A program made the translations under genes and the position numbers. Below, piece after piece: positions 16,533-27,200 of a stretch of 64,000 bases of DNA. The notes under the pieces were generated by a model. The model was not told the origin of the DNA. It saw only the letters and a program-made list of their open reading frames with translations, and made no database searches. Origin of the DNA: Escherichia phage vB_EcoM-ZQ1; the sequence record MW650886.1; one strand, written 5' to 3'. How positions within the stretch are numbered: position 1 is the stretch's first letter; every line of letters begins with the position of its first letter.

Positions 16533-18815
16533 TTATACAATACAACTATCACAACCAGGTTCCTCAGCCTGCTTCAGCTCTTCGTCTTCCTTGGCGTCCT
16601 TGTTTGTGTTATAATACAGAGTCTTGCCACCCCACATATAGAACGACAAGATATCCTGCATCATCTTGGCGCGAGGGATCTTGCTGTCAGGATACTTCTC
16701 TGGGTCATACCACGTGTTGGTACTGATGGACTGGTCAACCCAGCGCTGGATGACAGCAGCGGTCTTCAGGTACTCAATACAGTCCAGGTCCCACTTGAGG
16801 TCATACATCGGCCCAAGGGTCTCAACGTCCGGGACGACCTGCTTATAAGTGCCGTCCTTGCTACCCTTGATGCTCACCAAGCCCTTCGGTGGCTCAATGC
16901 CGTTCGTTGCGTTGAGGACCTGTGAGGAGCTTTCGGTAGGGGCTACTGCCAGCAGGGTGGCGTTGCGGATACCATAGGTCTTCAGATTGTCCTTCAACTC
17001 ATCCCAATCCAGCCCATATGCCATCCCTTCTGGCTTCTTGCCATTTGGTAGGATATCAAGTGGAAGCGGCTGAAGGTCGGCGGTGACCTGCCCATTATTG
17101 TGGATGGTTCTGCGTTTACACGCCCCGAACTTCATAGCCAGACGGTTGGACGCCTTGACCAGATAGAAGTGCAGGTGTGCCATCCACGCATCTAGCATTT
17201 CAAGACCAGCTGGTGAGCCATAGCCCGTGAAGTTCTTGGCCAAGAAGTGAGCCACGTTCACGATACCAACACCCAGAGGACGATAGTCTTCAACAGCCTT
17301 GCGAGCCTGAATCGCTGGATAGTCCTGATATTCCAACAGCATGTCCAGCGCAGATACCAACACGAACGCCACGTCTTCCATTTCCGTAGGATCTTCGAAC
17401 GCCGTCAGGTTGAAGGAAGCCAGGGTGCACAGAGCCACGCGCCCGTTTTCATCGTTGTACTGCTCAAACTCACGGGTCGGCAGGGCGATTTCTAAACAAA
17501 GATTTGAAGAATAAATCGTGTCTAGGTTGAATGGACTGTATTCATTCATGTGATCGACAAACGCGATGTAGATGCGGCCTGTGTCTGAACGCTGGTCTAA
17601 CAGCATCTGGAACACCTCTTCTGCCTGCAACTTTTTAGCACGAACCAAACCAGCATCAGCGGCCTTGATCATGTTCTCATACAGAGTACGGAACTTGTCA
17701 ACGTCAGCGAAGTATGCTTCATACATTTCGCGGTTGTCTTTCGGGTCGAACAGATACAGAGGCTGCTTGGCAACAAGGCGCTCAAACATCACGCGGTTGA
17801 TCTGAATGCCATAGTCGATACGGCGTTCGCGGTTTTCTTCAGTACCACGGTTGTTCTTCAGAACAACGACGTCATCGAACTGGTAATGCCACAGAGGGAT
17901 GTACGCTGTTGCTGCACCACCACGAATGCCGCCCTGAGAGCACGATTTGAGTGCCCCAGTGAGATACTTGATGAACGGGATCAGGCCTGTGTGAACCATC
18001 TCTCCGCCGCGAATAGGACTACCAATCCCACGGATTGCCCCGACATCGAAGCCGATACCCGCACGTTTGGACACATAGTCAACGATGGTCTTGGCTGTTG
18101 CGTTGATAGAGTTCAGGGTGTCATCAGTCTTGATTAACACACAGGAACTGAACTGACGGGTAGGAGTACGAACACCTGCCATAATCGGGGTGGGAAGACT
18201 GAACTTGCCTGTGCTGGCATATTCATAGAACTTTTTCACCATCTCCAGGCGGCTGTCTTTGTCCCAGTTAGAGAACAACGCCATGGCGATGCCCATGTAC
18301 ATGACCTGAGGGGTTTCGTAGAAGATCTTGCTGTCTTTCTTGGAACGGTCGCGCAACAGGTACTTCTCAGTCAGCTGACCCATGGCCGCCCACGTGAAGT
18401 TCTTATCGCGTTTGTGATTGATAACATCGTTCAGCTCGTTGAACTCTTCGATCGTGTAGAGATCAAGGAACTCACGATCATACACGCGCTGTTTGATGTT
18501 CTTGATGAAGATGTCCAGCAGGTGAGGCGGCTTGTACTGGCCGTAGACAGCCTTGCGCAGATCATACGACTTCAGACGAGCAGCCACATATTGGTAATTG
18601 GGTTTGTCTACAGAGATCAGTGAAGCCGCAGCCTGGATGAGGATATCCTGAATGCGATCTGTTCTCATGTTGTCGGTGAACTGAATCTTCGATGCAGCGA
18701 TCACCTCTGACATTGACACACCAGACAGGCCATCACATGCGCGGTCTACGACCGTGTGTGGTTTCTCAATATCAAATGGGACAGAAGATCCGTCACGTTT
18801 TATAACGTTAATCAT
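16533..18815 (-). CDS. nrdA: ribonucleotide reductase class Ia large subunit
   Basis: 760 aa; ATP-cone-like N-terminus (VIKRDGSSVPFD), C-terminal redox Cys pair (CDSC). Confidence 0.9.
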   Translation of the reverse strand: MINVIKRDGSSVPFDIEKPHTVVDRACDGLSGVSMSEVIAASKIQFTDNMRTDRIQDILIQAAASLISVDKPNYQYVAARLKSYDLRKAVYGQYKPPHLLDIFIKNIKQRVYDREFLDLYTIEEFNELNDVINHKRDKNFTWAAMGQLTEKYLLRDRSKKDSKIFYETPQVMYMGIAMALFSNWDKDSRLEMVKKFYEYASTGKFSLPTPIMAGVRTPTRQFSSCVLIKTDDTLNSINATAKTIVDYVSKRAGIGFDVGAIRGIGSPIRGGEMVHTGLIPFIKYLTGALKSCSQGGIRGGAATAYIPLWHYQFDDVVVLKNNRGTEENRERRIDYGIQINRVMFERLVAKQPLYLFDPKDNREMYEAYFADVDKFRTLYENMIKAADAGLVRAKKLQAEEVFQMLLDQRSDTGRIYIAFVDHMNEYSPFNLDTIYSSNLCLEIALPTREFEQYNDENGRVALCTLASFNLTAFEDPTEMEDVAFVLVSALDMLLEYQDYPAIQARKAVEDYRPLGVGIVNVAHFLAKNFTGYGSPAGLEMLDAWMAHLHFYLVKASNRLAMKFGACKRRTIHNNGQVTADLQPLPLDILPNGKKPEGMAYGLDWDELKDNLKTYGIRNATLLAVAPTESSSQVLNATNGIEPPKGLVSIKGSKDGTYKQVVPDVETLGPMYDLKWDLDCIEYLKTAAVIQRWVDQSISTNTWYDPEKYPDSKIPRAKMMQDILSFYMWGGKTLYYNTNKDAKEDEELKQAEEPGCDSCIV

Positions 18816-18840
18816 GGTGTTCCTCGGGTTTGTTTACGCA

Positions 18841-18879
18841 GGTTTTATTATACGCCGCCCTCGTAGATTGAAGGCGGCG
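18841..18879 (-). terminator. hairpin after phoH
   Basis: CGCCGCC...GGCGGCG stem followed by TATAATAAAACC on the minus strand. Confidence 0.4.
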
Positions 18880-18898
18880 GGGAGGGTTGGTGAGTTAC

Positions 18899-19741
18899 TT
18901 AAATGTCGTACAGATCGTTGACTTCCAGCATCAGGCGGGTGAAGTCGCCGCGCCCGTTGCGGTCAGACTTGTCGAACTCGATGATACTGAAAGGCTGAAC
19001 CCATTCAGGGTACTCATCACCGACGCCAACACCATCGATCTTCAGGGTTCCGGCCTCCAGCTTGGCGTTGAAGTCGCGGAAGGAACTGACGTACTTTTCA
19101 AGGGCGCTGTCGCGCAGGCGCTTGTTGGACTGTTTGATGTCACCGTTGACAAAGATGTAAGTCGAGTCAGATGCGCGGGTCAGTAGGTTCTTCAGCTGCT
19201 CCATATCACATTCCTGCGCTTCTTCAATGATCAGGAAGGTGTCGTCGAAGGTCATCCCCTTGATGGTCTCCAGATCCTGGATCTCAATGATCCGCTTCTC
19301 CCACAGATAGTTGAAGAAACCGTCGCTACCTGTGTCAGTCTTCAGCACCTTCTTCAGCGTCTGAATCAGGGGCATCAGATATGGCATCAGTTTTTCGTAT
19401 GTGTCGCCAGGGCGGAAGCCTGCAGTCTGGCCTGTTGGCAGCGGAGAGCGCGTGATGACGATCTTACTGACCACTTTATCGATCAGGAGCTTGGCGGCGG
19501 CTGAGGCACCACAATACGATTTACCTGTGCCTGCCGGACCGATTGCGATGGTGAGGTTTTCTTCAAGAGCAGATTGATACGCGAGGTTCTGATTTTCTGA
19601 GAGGCCATTGAACGGAGCGATTCTGAAGTCACCTTTAGAGAACTTCATCCAGTCATCTTCTTTCTGGATTGTCTCTTTCTTGCGTGCTGACTTGGTCTTG
19701 CCCGCTGGCTTCTTACTTACAACTTTGGTGGCAGATTGCAT
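18899..19741 (-). CDS. phoH: PhoH-like ATPase
   Basis: 280 aa; Walker A GPAGTGKSY and overall PhoH architecture. Confidence 0.8.
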   Translation of the reverse strand: MQSATKVVSKKPAGKTKSARKKETIQKEDDWMKFSKGDFRIAPFNGLSENQNLAYQSALEENLTIAIGPAGTGKSYCGASAAAKLLIDKVVSKIVITRSPLPTGQTAGFRPGDTYEKLMPYLMPLIQTLKKVLKTDTGSDGFFNYLWEKRIIEIQDLETIKGMTFDDTFLIIEEAQECDMEQLKNLLTRASDSTYIFVNGDIKQSNKRLRDSALEKYVSSFRDFNAKLEAGTLKIDGVGVGDEYPEWVQPFSIIEFDKSDRNGRGDFTRLMLEVNDLYDI

Positions 19742-19810
19742 GGGAACCTTCCTATATCTCAGGGTGTCATCACCTCTAATTAAGGTGACAACCCCAGCAT
19801 ACCTGAGGAT

Positions 19811-19840
19811 TGGATAAAGAAAAGGCCGTTTCCGGCCTTT
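19811..19840 (-). terminator. intrinsic terminator after the endolysin gene
   Basis: AAAGGCCG-TTTC-CGGCCTTT hairpin followed by TTCTTTATCC. Confidence 0.5.
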
Positions 19841-19843
19841 GAG

Positions 19844-20638
19844 TTAACTGAAACTCTTGTATGCTGCTGCGAGCTTCTTGTCGTACTGGTTCTTGGCATA
19901 CGCCGGACCATTATAGCGCCGTGCAAATTCAGACCAGTTCTTGTCCTTCAGAGCCTTCCAGAGCTTGGCGTCAGCCTTGATGAACTTCACGAATGCCATC
20001 AAATGAGCACGTTCTCCTGTCAGGAAGTCGTTGAACATCTCCTTGGCGTTGGCATATCCACAGACCTGGCAGTTGAATCCCATGATCTGGAAGAGACCGT
20101 AAGAGGCGCTCTCGTACGCACAATCCTCATCGATGTTGATGGCCGCATGAAGTCGATCCAACTCCGCGTCGCCTCCCGTGTACCCGCCTGCGGAAGGACT
20201 GACCAACGTCGGGTACATATGTCCCATGGCATTCGCCCGAGCCTGTCCGAACTTCGCCATCAGCTTCTTATACATGATGTGACGCTCAAATAATGTCTTG
20301 ATCTTACCTGACTTGGTGAAGCCCGTGCCGCGCGACTCAACCTGATTCACCGCCTTGACAGAGGCAAGGTCAACACCCAGATCATTAGCAGCATCAATCA
20401 GGTCTGACTCAGTTAAATGATCCTGATGGGCGTCTCCGGCGTTGCGAATAGCATAGGAGGTCTTTGGACCCACGATACCATCAATGACAAGCCCCGCACC
20501 CGCCTGAACAGTCTTGACGGCGTTCTCTGTTGCCTTACCAAAGATGCCGTCAGCGACGAGGGTGAAGCCGATTTTGTTGAGGCTATCCTGAAGTGCCTTC
20601 ACTTCAGTACCACGGTTGCCAAATTTTAGAATGGCCAT
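19844..20638 (-). CDS. endolysin (N-terminal peptidoglycan-binding domain, C-terminal muramidase-like domain)
   Basis: PG_binding_1-like N-terminus (GNRGTEVKALQDSLNKIGF...DGIFGKATENAVK); listed start is TTG, re-set to ATG MAILKFG with GGAGG SD. Confidence 0.55.
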   Translation of the reverse strand: MAILKFGNRGTEVKALQDSLNKIGFTLVADGIFGKATENAVKTVQAGAGLVIDGIVGPKTSYAIRNAGDAHQDHLTESDLIDAANDLGVDLASVKAVNQVESRGTGFTKSGKIKTLFERHIMYKKLMAKFGQARANAMGHMYPTLVSPSAGGYTGGDAELDRLHAAINIDEDCAYESASYGLFQIMGFNCQVCGYANAKEMFNDFLTGERAHLMAFVKFIKADAKLWKALKDKNWSEFARRYNGPAYAKNQYDKKLAAAYKSFS

Positions 20639-20700
20639 AAGAAAATACCTCCACAATGAATGTAGAGGTATTTAAAGTGAAAGTGAACTGACTTTGAGGA

Positions 20701-21000
20701 TTACATGGTTTCCAGCATAGAATTCAGCTTAACGATCTGCATTTCAATATTTTTCTTTAGACTCAGATACGCTTCAACTGGGGAAGCGGTTGGGCCAGTC
20801 TGATATTTTCCTGCTTGAGCTGACCAACACCGAGTGGCTTTCCAATAAAAGAGGAATACAGTGGATTCAACGCTTTCTATTTCGATAGCACCAACACCGA
20901 GTGGGCAATATTTGCGTATACCGTATCTCCACTGCTTACCAGTCTCTTTTTCCAGGGCTTGGCAAGCAACTGAACCAATTTGTTCTAGAGTAAGTTTCAT
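20701..21000 (-). CDS. hypothetical protein
   Basis: 99 aa ORF. Confidence 0.4.
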   Translation of the reverse strand: MKLTLEQIGSVACQALEKETGKQWRYGIRKYCPLGVGAIEIESVESTVFLFYWKATRCWSAQAGKYQTGPTASPVEAYLSLKKNIEMQIVKLNSMLETM

Positions 21001-21185
21001 CGCACTACCACCACTGGCATGATTTCTCTGAATGACTCGCGCACCTCAGTGTCGTACCCGTATTTCTCAAGGATTGCCATCATCGCCTGCTCAAGTTCCT
21101 CTTGGAACTGAGGAAAGACTTTGTTCGGGATGCGTTCAACAACCCAGAGAGCGCCCGCAGACGCCTGAATGACTGCTCGTGCCAT
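20997..21185 (-). CDS. hypothetical protein
   Basis: 62 aa; stop overlaps the start of the downstream ORF. Confidence 0.35.
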   Translation of the reverse strand: MARAVIQASAGALWVVERIPNKVFPQFQEELEQAMMAILEKYGYDTEVRESFREIMPVVVVR

Positions 21186-21244
21186 GAGGATGGCCTCCTA
21201 CCAAAAACCTGAAAGGAGGGGAGTTGCCTCCCCCTTGCTACCGC

Positions 21245-21733
21245 TTATGCCAGTTTGCTCACCAGAGCTTCAACTGCGTCGGCGCTCAGTTTACCCATTT
21301 TGACGTACTGAGCTTTTGCTTCGCCACCAACAGCTTTCACGATGTCGGTGTTGTCGTACCCCTTCTTAGGGAAGACCATCACAGAGAAGGAACCGTTGTT
21401 CAGCGGGTTCAGCTGGATGCGACCTTTACCGACTACGATGGTGCCGTAAGTTTCGGTGCTTGCTTCGACAATGTGGATGTCGTGACCCAGGTTTTTCAGC
21501 ATACCAACTTTGTCGGCAGTCTTAGCAACCACAGCTTTATCAACCACAACCTGCTCTACCAGGGTGAAGCCGTTAGTCACTTTCACTTTACCGTTCAGCA
21601 GGTTCATGAAGGAAGTTTTACCACCAGTGAAGCCAGCTGCCTGAGCGATGCGGAACATTTCAACTTTAGCAACTTCGGTGTTCAGTTCGAAAGAGATGGT
21701 GCCGTTGGTGATCAGAGTTTTGGTAGTAGCCAT
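21245..21733 (-). CDS. hypothetical protein
   Basis: Start re-set to MATTKTL with AGGA SD; strong sigma70-like promoter upstream. Confidence 0.5.
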   Translation of the reverse strand: MATTKTLITNGTISFELNTEVAKVEMFRIAQAAGFTGGKTSFMNLLNGKVKVTNGFTLVEQVVVDKAVVAKTADKVGMLKNLGHDIHIVEASTETYGTIVVGKGRIQLNPLNNGSFSVMVFPKKGYDNTDIVKAVGGEAKAQYVKMGKLSADAVEALVSKLA

Positions 21734-21806
21734 GATGTAATTCCTCATAATGTAGTTGGTGCGTTTCACTTTTCATTCGGCGGTGTGTTGCCGCCCTATG
21801 TGAACT

Positions 21807-21835
21807 ATAATAGTGCATCATTATTGAAGAGTAAA
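21807..21835 (-). promoter_or_regulatory. early promoter (-35 TTTACT, 17 nt, -10 TATTAT)
   Basis: TTTACTCTTCAATAATGATGCACTATTAT upstream of the 21245..21733 gene. Confidence 0.45.
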
Positions 21836-21867
21836 GTCTTTTTCAATAATTTTTAAAAATTATTTTT

Positions 21868-21901
21868 GAAGTATTTTAAAAGGCCTCGTCGAATGAGGCC
21901 T
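21868..21901 (-). terminator. intrinsic terminator
   Basis: AGGCCTC-GTCGAAT-GAGGCCT hairpin followed by TTTTAAAATAC on the minus strand. Confidence 0.5.
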
Positions 21902-21929
21902 GGAGGGAAGTAATGTGAAGTAAAAAGTT

Positions 21930-22136
21930 TTAGTTCGGGCGAAATCTTACAAACTCGCGAGCCAATTCGGCTTGCTCATCACTGATGGGAACCCCATGGA
22001 AGTCCGCCTGACCATTCTTCCAGCCGTGGATGAAACTCGGAGATTCTTCCCCAGATAAGACATACCCCTCACGAGATTTCAAGTACCCCCGCACGATCTC
22101 TCCGTCGTCCAGTTTGTTCAGTTCTTCTAACGTCAT
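21930..22136 (-). CDS. hypothetical protein
   Basis: 68 aa; ATGA-coupled to the primase gene stop. Confidence 0.4.
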   Translation of the reverse strand: MTLEELNKLDDGEIVRGYLKSREGYVLSGEESPSFIHGWKNGQADFHGVPISDEQAELAREFVRFRPN

Positions 22137-23191
22137 CGCACTTTCCTCAGTTCAGCGAATTGTAATGATGCGGCCATACCTTGGTAAACGTTCTTGGCGA
22201 TCAGCTTCAGGAGGTCTTGTATGGACATGTTGCCCTTTGATGGCATGACCATGTCGTTGATATCCTTCCAAGGAACGTCTGGTGGGAACAGTACAACCTT
22301 GACACCTTTATCTATCATCTTCTGAATACCGTCACACACCTGCGGGTTCCGGTACTGATTATCAGGGATATAAATGTCACCCTTCACGCTCAGTAGATCA
22401 GCGTCGGCCGATGCAAGACAGTTGGGTAGGAACAGGCTGTCAATCGGACCTTCCACAACCAGCTTGGTCTTGTGAATGTTCACCCGGTCTTCACCATACA
22501 CCTTAGTGTCTTCATCCTTGGGCTTGACTGTTGCGTAGCGTAGTGCCGCATTCTTGTCGAATGCACGCCCCTGAACGATCTTCATGCGACCATCCTGAGT
22601 CCAGAACGGAATCACCAGCCGCTCGTCATCGGGGATCTTCAGCTGCTTCTCAGGGTTCGTTTCGAACTGGAGTAGATCCTGGCGGAAGTGTTGTGTGTAA
22701 TACAGGAGGGACAAAGTGCTCTCCGGCAGTCCACGCCACTGTACGTACTGTCGAGCCTTATGGTCAGGCGGTAGCAGATCAAGCCGTAGCATATTGCCGA
22801 GGAGGCTCTCGTCGCGTTTCGCCGCCACTGAGCCAATACGGGCGGTCTGTGTCAGCTTTGGCAGCGGCTTCAGGGAAGGAAGTGGTCTGCCCGACGTATC
22901 ACCCAGCAGACGGAACTTCTCCATGTTGTACTCTGTTGAGAGGCGTTCGTCGAACTTCTTCAGCCAGAACTCAAATGACCAGCCATTCATGTTATGGCAA
23001 TTGTGACATTTAAACCGGAAGCAGTCATTATCTCGATCGAAGAAAAAATAACCTCGTCGCTTATTAGCACTTTTGAGAGAATCTCCACACAGGGGACAAC
23101 GGAAGTTTGCGACAGCACCAACGCGCTCCCACTTGAATTTATCGAGTCTGGGAGCAACGTAATTTATGAATTGTTCATCAAGAAATTTCAT
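22133..23191 (-). CDS. 61: DNA primase (T4 gp61-like)
   Basis: RCPLCGDSLKS..FKCHNCH zinc ribbon matches T4 gp61 RCPVCGDSKTD..IHCYNC; TOPRIM VVEGPIDSLF matches VLEGPIDSLF. Confidence 0.85.
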   Translation of the reverse strand: MKFLDEQFINYVAPRLDKFKWERVGAVANFRCPLCGDSLKSANKRRGYFFFDRDNDCFRFKCHNCHNMNGWSFEFWLKKFDERLSTEYNMEKFRLLGDTSGRPLPSLKPLPKLTQTARIGSVAAKRDESLLGNMLRLDLLPPDHKARQYVQWRGLPESTLSLLYYTQHFRQDLLQFETNPEKQLKIPDDERLVIPFWTQDGRMKIVQGRAFDKNAALRYATVKPKDEDTKVYGEDRVNIHKTKLVVEGPIDSLFLPNCLASADADLLSVKGDIYIPDNQYRNPQVCDGIQKMIDKGVKVVLFPPDVPWKDINDMVMPSKGNMSIQDLLKLIAKNVYQGMAASLQFAELRKVR

Positions 23192-23435
23192 TAGATCTTC
23201 TGCCTCTGGAACACTTCGGTCACAGTATAGTCTACATCACGACTTTGAGCTATACACAGTGCTCGACAAGCCCTCTATACAAAATATTTGTTTACCAGCC
23301 GTGTTGTGTTCGAAGTGGGCGAAGCTGTCCAAGAGATTCATGTAGCTGCGCATGTGACGGGGTAAAGATTTTGCTCATTGTCCTTTCCTTTCGGTGGATA
23401 ATGAGCAAAATTATATGCCTTTATTTTGTATTGAC

Positions 23436-23789
23436 TTACGACAGCTGCTTCAGTTTGTAGATCGTCTGATAGCACAGCGTCTTGATTTCATCAAGTGTGT
23501 TCTGAAGGTGGGAGTCACACTGCTTGTAGATGCCATCTACGTCTATCACCACACTGTTAATATAGGAGATAGGGTCTGGGTTGTACAATTTGATATTCTC
23601 GAATGATGGAACATACTGGCCACCCGCACCGATGTATGCTTCGGTAAACGTGTCCAGCAAGTCCTCTAGATCCCCGTAGAACTCCCCGAGTGCCTTGTGC
23701 TTGGCATAGGACGTTGTAACGAAGTGTAAGGCATGAGAGTGGGCTATAGCAAGCAGTCCACGGTTGATGAAAATACTCGCATTGACCAT
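23436..23789 (-). CDS. hypothetical protein
   Basis: Listed start is GTG; re-set to ATG MVNASIF with GAGGA SD; terminator hairpin upstream. Confidence 0.45.
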   Translation of the reverse strand: MVNASIFINRGLLAIAHSHALHFVTTSYAKHKALGEFYGDLEDLLDTFTEAYIGAGGQYVPSFENIKLYNPDPISYINSVVIDVDGIYKQCDSHLQNTLDEIKTLCYQTIYKLKQLS

Positions 23790-23799
23790 GATGTTGTCC

Positions 23800-23834
23800 T
23801 CAGAAAAAGAAATCCCCCTGTATTTAAGGGGGAT
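23800..23834 (-). terminator. intrinsic terminator
   Basis: ATCCCCC...GGGGGAT hairpin followed by TTCTTTTTCT. Confidence 0.5.
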
Positions 23835-23874
23835 TGTAATCACTGCTTGACAAGAACCATCTTGATGGTTTCAC

Positions 23875-24180
23875 TTAGTCTTTGTCGGCAGACTTGCCAA
23901 AGAAGAATTCGAAACCGTCATGGACAGCAACGACTTCCTGACCTTGGGAGATACCGTGAGTCTGGTCTGGGGTCAGCTTCACCTTGATGGTGTTGCCATC
24001 GGTTAACTCCAGGTTGTAGACATCCGCCTGATTGTCAGGAGTGATCTGGGTCACGGTAGCGCCGGAACACCACTGAGTGCCATCAGCTTGTTTGGTGATG
24101 GATACGGTCTTACCCTGGACACCAGCATGGGTCTGAGGTTTAGCGGCTTGTTCTTTAAAATATTCGATAAACGGTTTCAT
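23875..24180 (-). CDS. hypothetical protein, probable late gene
   Basis: 101 aa; TATAAATA 24 nt upstream of the ATG plus GAGGAG SD. Confidence 0.45.
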   Translation of the reverse strand: MKPFIEYFKEQAAKPQTHAGVQGKTVSITKQADGTQWCSGATVTQITPDNQADVYNLELTDGNTIKVKLTPDQTHGISQGQEVVAVHDGFEFFFGKSADKD

Positions 24181-24204
24181 CTTAATCTCCTCGGGGATTT
24201 AAGT

Positions 24205-24212
24205 TATTTATA
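24205..24212 (-). promoter_or_regulatory. T4-type late promoter motif TATAAATA (minus strand)
   Basis: Reverse complement of TATTTATA, 24 nt upstream of the 23875..24180 ATG, directly after a terminator hairpin. Confidence 0.45.
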
Positions 24213-24229
24213 AGCCCCCGAAGGGGCTT
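24212..24229 (-). terminator. hairpin after the 1096-aa gene
   Basis: AAGCCCC-CGAA-GGGGCTT stem-loop 8 nt past the stop; followed by the late-promoter motif. Confidence 0.45.
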
Positions 24230-24236
24230 TTGATGA

Positions 24237-27200
24237 TCAGATCTTAATCTGCATGTTGCCACCCAGGGACTGCTCGTACTCGCTGTATGCGCCTTCCCCG
24301 TAGTCTCGTGCCCACTGGTCAGACTGCTGGGCGCTATCCAGAGTCATCAGGTTTGGTTCAGTCGGGTTGTAACCCTTGGACTTCGCATCCCGGTACAGAG
24401 TCTGCAGGTACTGGTTGGCGCGGTCAATCTGAGCTTTGAACTCGCGATATGCCCCTTCAGTTGTGTTGCGGCGGAAGGTGATATCCCAGTCCACGTTCAG
24501 AGTCTGACCATCACGGCTTGCATAGATCTGCCAATCCAGGTCGCGGCCTTTTGGTGCGTTGTCGCGGATGGAGTCGGCGTATGCCGCAAGGTCGTCCTTC
24601 GGATTGTGCGACGTGCTTTTCAGAAGTAGTGCATGACCCATACCACCGTTTGGCTCAAGAGACCATTTTCCTGTTTCTCTTCCCAGGCGTTCTATGTTGT
24701 TGAGTTGGTTTATCGACAATTCAGAAGAGTCAAATAATACCACATCACGTTTTTTGGGGGTTCTCACATAAGGGGTGAGATCAATGTCGATCATCCGGTT
24801 TATAAATTCTACCACTTCAGCTTGTTTCTTTGGCAATGTGGTATTGATATCCGGCTTGTTTGCCACTTTCTCTAGGCGTTTATTTTCTGCGCTTATCATG
24901 GACAGCATAATTTGTGTAACTTTGCCGTCAGACAAGTTGTAATCATTCCAAATCACTTCACCTTTATCCGTGATGGTTATATCGTTCAAGAACACCTGGT
25001 TTGGGTTGTATGACTGACTTTTCAACTGTTGGAGGTTTCTGGAAAGATATACCATTTTTGATGAAATCTCATCAATCACACTCTGGACCATATCTTTGTT
25101 TAAAGGAAGTTCATATGTCTTCGGATTGTTCAGGGTACGCCCTTTCTGAGAGACAATTGGGGTGAATGCAACTTTACCTTTGTCGTAGTAATAGGTCACG
25201 TTGGTTATCATAGAAGTACCGGCGTATTTTCCCGTTTCGGGGAAATTGACATCCCACCGAATGGACATGCCGTTGACAGTCTCACCAAACACCATGGCGT
25301 TGCTTGGTATCTTCAGGGTTCCAGAGTTGACCAGATCAGCGCCTTGGGCATTCAGGTCGATAGAACCATAGATAGCCCCGGTAATACGATCTTTCAACAT
25401 CAGGGTCTTGTCGCCCTTCTCTGGGATGATTTCCAGCGGGTGCTTGCCACGCGGAGGTTCTTTGATGAGTTCCAGTAGAGCAGTTTTCCCTGGTTTCACA
25501 CGATTCAGGACAGCGTCGGACACTGTCAGAGTCCAGTTTGCGGTTTCCACATAACCCCAGCCCCGAGAACGGCGAATGGCTTTGATAGGATATGGAGCGC
25601 TTGTTGGCACTGCGCTAATTTCCCATTTGCCAGTGTACTGGGTCTTGGCAACCTCAAAGATGGACGCAATTACTGCATTGGCGACGTCACGGGCGCTACC
25701 TTTGGCCACGTTCTCCTCTTCAGCAATTTCGCTGAAAACTGAGTATTGAACGAAACCAGCGAGGACGTTTGTGAAGTTGACAACGATAACCAACCCGCCT
25801 GCTGTCGTGTAACGACCAGCGCCCACACGACGGATGTTTTCACCAGGAAGAATAGAAGTGTCCAACCCAACGTTGGTATCAATGATACCCAGAACACGAG
25901 CGATGAAACCACTGTCACGTAATTGATCAACACTGGTTGCACCCTCGGTCGAATCCGATGCGGATTTAGACACTTTGTTCAACTTGATAGAGACAAGGGT
26001 TTCCCCGTTGACACCGATGATATCCCATTCAGTACCCTGCTCGTTCGAGGTGCGGGCAATCTTGCGCTTTGAATTGATGGCACCTTCGTAACGCCCGTTC
26101 TTGACCACAACAGAGGCAGTAGCAGCATCAGTCGCACTTGCTGCATTTGAAAAGTCTGGGTCAGAAATACTGATGTCGACGTCACCGTTTTGAGAACGCA
26201 TGCGAACACCGTTTTTGAATCGTTCAACGTTTACTTCTCGAGCACCAAGTCGTTTGGCATCAATAACAGCAGTTCCAGAACCGATAATGTTGGCTGGGTT
26301 ATTTCTGTCTGAACTGTTTTGAGAACCTTTCCAAAATTTTGTAGACGCCATGGTGAAATCATTCAGGATATTGATAGGGACTTGCGGTAATTTCAACTGA
26401 CGAGCAATGAAATCAGCACTTTGCCCACGCACAGGTTTCTCATTCATGTATGCGCCAACATACACGCCCGGCTCATTGTAGTGGGGAGCGATATTTGCCG
26501 TGTTCGTGCGGCCTCTCTCCTTACCAGCCCATAACAACATGGGCTGATCCCCGTTTGAAGTTAATTTCCATCCGTTGCCATTGCTGGTGTCATTGCTGGT
26601 GTCATTGCTGGTGTCAACGTCCACCACCAGAATTATCTGAGCACCTTTCTTGAAAGTGTACTGATCGTACATACCTTTCTTCTGTTTGGTCATGGACGCA
26701 CCGACCAAGTCTTGGTTGGTGAAGCCGCGCTTCATATTCCAAGATACCTCAGTCCCGTCTGGATATTTGTCAAAATCATAACCATAGAATGTGGCTACTT
26801 CTTTCGAACCGCTTATCAGACGGACGTAATTTCCACGAATCGGGTCTCGCCCGCTCTTCAACTCCAGACCAGTGTCCGAGCTGTTGTACCACTCGCGGTT
26901 GACTTCTATTTCAGAAGAACCAGCCCCAACTCCCACATCCGGAGTATTGTTCTGAACCGGAACGTCACCGACTTTGTCTGGATCATCCCAGGTGATACCC
27001 TGCATCTTCGGACCGTCGAATACCTGAGCCGGATCTTTACCCTTACGAACTAGCCACACATAACCACGGTCAGGAACAGGCGCGTAGGTCAGGTCCATGA
27101 CGTTCAGTTTCTGCTTCAGGCCGGACTGGCGGATGATCTTAGGAATCAGGGTCATACCGCGATCCAGCGCTTTCTTAGAGAAGTTGACAGCAAAGCCATC